Source: Acutalibacteraceae bacterium
Lineage (GTDB): Bacteria; Bacillota; Clostridia; Oscillospirales; Acutalibacteraceae
Direction: 5' to 3'
DNA: 64,000 bases
Assembly (NCBI GenBank): GCA_045544675.1
Contig: JAZPZK010000069.1
Location: forward strand, 89 to 64,088
This document shows positions 62,642-64,000 of the stretch, one piece after another. The first letter of the stretch is position 1; the number at the start of each line of letters is the position of its first letter. A model generated the notes under the pieces. The model was not told the origin of the DNA. It saw only the letters and a list, made by a program, of their open reading frames with translations, and searched no databases. The translations under genes and the position numbers were made by a program.

Positions 62642-64000
62642 TTATTTAACCTTTACGCTCTTTACTGCACTCCATGCGGAATATACATAACCGCTGTTTG
62701 TGGTGATGTATGTTCTTACCTTGAAGTAGTAGGTCTTGCCGCTTGTAAGGCCTGTGATATCACAGCGTGTTGTATCTGCCTTGAAGTTAGCGTACTTCTT
62801 GAAGCCTGTTGTTTTGCTTGTTGAATAGTAAACTGTGTAACCTGTTTCACCCTTAACATCCGTATGATACACATAGGCCTTACCCTTTGTGGAGGCCGAT
62901 GCCGTTACCTTTGTAAGTTCGGGTGTCTTTGTTTTTGTTGCGGTCCTGAGAAGTGCATAGGATTCGCTGTTGTAAACCTTACCGCCGCTTGTCTTACCGT
63001 AGGCTACTACTCTGAAGGTATACTTTGTGCCTGCATAGAGCTTCTTTACTGTAAGTGATGTTCCTTCTGTTGTGCCTGCCTCAACGTAAGCCTTCTTTGA
63101 GGGGCTGTAGCGGTAAACCTTGTAGCCTGCCGCACCGGGTACTGCTGACCAACTGAGCTTAACTGATGAAGTTGTCTGCGAAGCAGACTTGACTGTTGCG
63201 GGCTTACCCGTTTTAATGTAGAAGTAAACGTTCTTTGAGCCTGAATAATTACCGATGAAGGTCACCTTAACGGTATATCTGCCGATACCGCTTCTCTTTG
63301 AAGCAACAGTAAGCTTATAGTCTGTATTCTTGACGAGTGTTTTGCCGTTTGCATCCTTGACGGTTACCTTGGGAGTCTTATTCTTGCCGTCATAAATGTA
63401 GTCGGTTGCGGAGAGGGTTACAGAATCAATCTTTGCGATTGTCTTTGTGCTTGATACATCACCGCAGGCGGAGCATTTTGTTTCGATTTTGCCGTTCTTT
63501 GAGGTTGTTGCCTTGGTTACAACCTCTTCGTAATTGCAGGCGGCAAAGCTGCCGTATTCCATTCCGCAAATTGTACATTCTGCCTTTTTGTTGCAGGTGG
63601 CAGTACCGCCTGTATGAAGATGAAGCACATCTACAGTTTCAGACTTTTCTTTTTTGCCGTCCTTGAAGGTTACCTCGCAACGGTATCTGCCAAGCTTATC
63701 GGCGTTGAGAGTTGCTTCGGTCTGTCCGCTGACAGCATCAAACTCAGTTCCGTTGAAAGTCGCCCTGAGATTACCACCGTCAAATGCACATATACCGTAA
63801 TATCCGTCAGCCTCTGCTATAATGCTCCCGGCTGCAGTAATATCAGCTTCATCTTCAACAGTACCCTCCACAGAGCTGTAAAGATAAATAGCCTCTGTGG
63901 GAGTTTGTGAAAATTCAAGATTAAGAATATCACCCTCATTGAGCTTTACTACAAAATAGTAGCCGTATTCATCGGGTGTCCAACCGTTTTCACCGTCGTA
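62642..64000 (-). CDS. Cell-surface protein (partial; N-terminus beyond the window) with a Cys-rich segment, an Ig-like repeat and two or three C-terminal fibronectin type III domains
   Basis: The reading frame stays open from 63871 to the window end (...YDGENGWTPDEYGYYFVVKLNEGD...). FN3-like LSWSAVPGAAGYKVYRY and GYTVYYS repeats. Confidence 0.8.
   Translation of the reverse strand, partial: YDGENGWTPDEYGYYFVVKLNEGDILNLEFSQTPTEAIYLYSSVEGTVEDEADITAAGSIIAEADGYYGICAFDGGNLRATFNGTEFDAVSGQTEATLNADKLGRYRCEVTFKDGKKEKSETVDVLHLHTGGTATCNKKAECTICGMEYGSFAACNYEEVVTKATTSKNGKIETKCSACGDVSSTKTIAKIDSVTLSATDYIYDGKNKTPKVTVKDANGKTLVKNTDYKLTVASKRSGIGRYTVKVTFIGNYSGSKNVYFYIKTGKPATVKSASQTTSSVKLSWSAVPGAAGYKVYRYSPSKKAYVEAGTTEGTSLTVKKLYAGTKYTFRVVAYGKTSGGKVYNSESYALLRTATKTKTPELTKVTASASTKGKAYVYHTDVKGETGYTVYYSTSKTTGFKKYANFKADTTRCDITGLTSGKTYYFKVRTYITTNSGYVYSAWSAVKSVKVK

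Overview
Chromosomal segment of an AT-leaning Firmicute; gene content and order look clostridial. There are four zones.

(1) 1.4-32.6 kb: about 35 co-directional minus-strand housekeeping genes. They include ireB, prmA, hflX, rpsU, leuS, rsfS, a nadD-yqeK fusion, ftsY, smc, rnc, trmFO, topA, dprA and rplT-rpmI-infC.

(2) 35.6-46.5 kb: a divergent tungsten/molybdenum-cofactor cluster. It holds MOSC-moaA-moaC, two moeA genes, tupCBA with a candidate Moco/Tuco riboswitch, and mog, thiF-like, aldehyde:ferredoxin oxidoreductase and moaD-like genes.

(3) 46.6-52.5 kb: an AraC / GPH transporter / GH2 glycoside module plus an XRE-family regulator.

(4) 52.5-62.6 kb: a rearranged accessory zone built around two inverted, near-identical tRNA-Leu(GAG) units. 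These bracket a 7.4-kb segment encoding a predicted pseudokinase, an FAD oxidoreductase and an SGNH/DUF4358/MBOAT/DHHW module. It also contains tRNA 3' fragments, an ORF-poor hairpin-rich spacer, a NUDIX cassette and an ABC-ATPase gene remnant. A partial FN3 surface-protein gene runs off the right edge.

No rRNA, CRISPR array, cas gene, integrase or transposase was seen.

Most unusual observations:
- A ladder of variable hairpins joined by a conserved 8-mer in both orientations next to tRNA-Arg(CCG), with a second array at the left edge.
- 3'-end duplications of both tRNA-Arg and tRNA-Leu.
- An apparently circularly permuted tungstate-binding protein TupA.
- The inverted tRNA-Leu bracket.
- A membrane pseudokinase with HRN and EFG in place of HRD and DFG.

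All calls come from reading the sequence and the ORF track. No database search was run.
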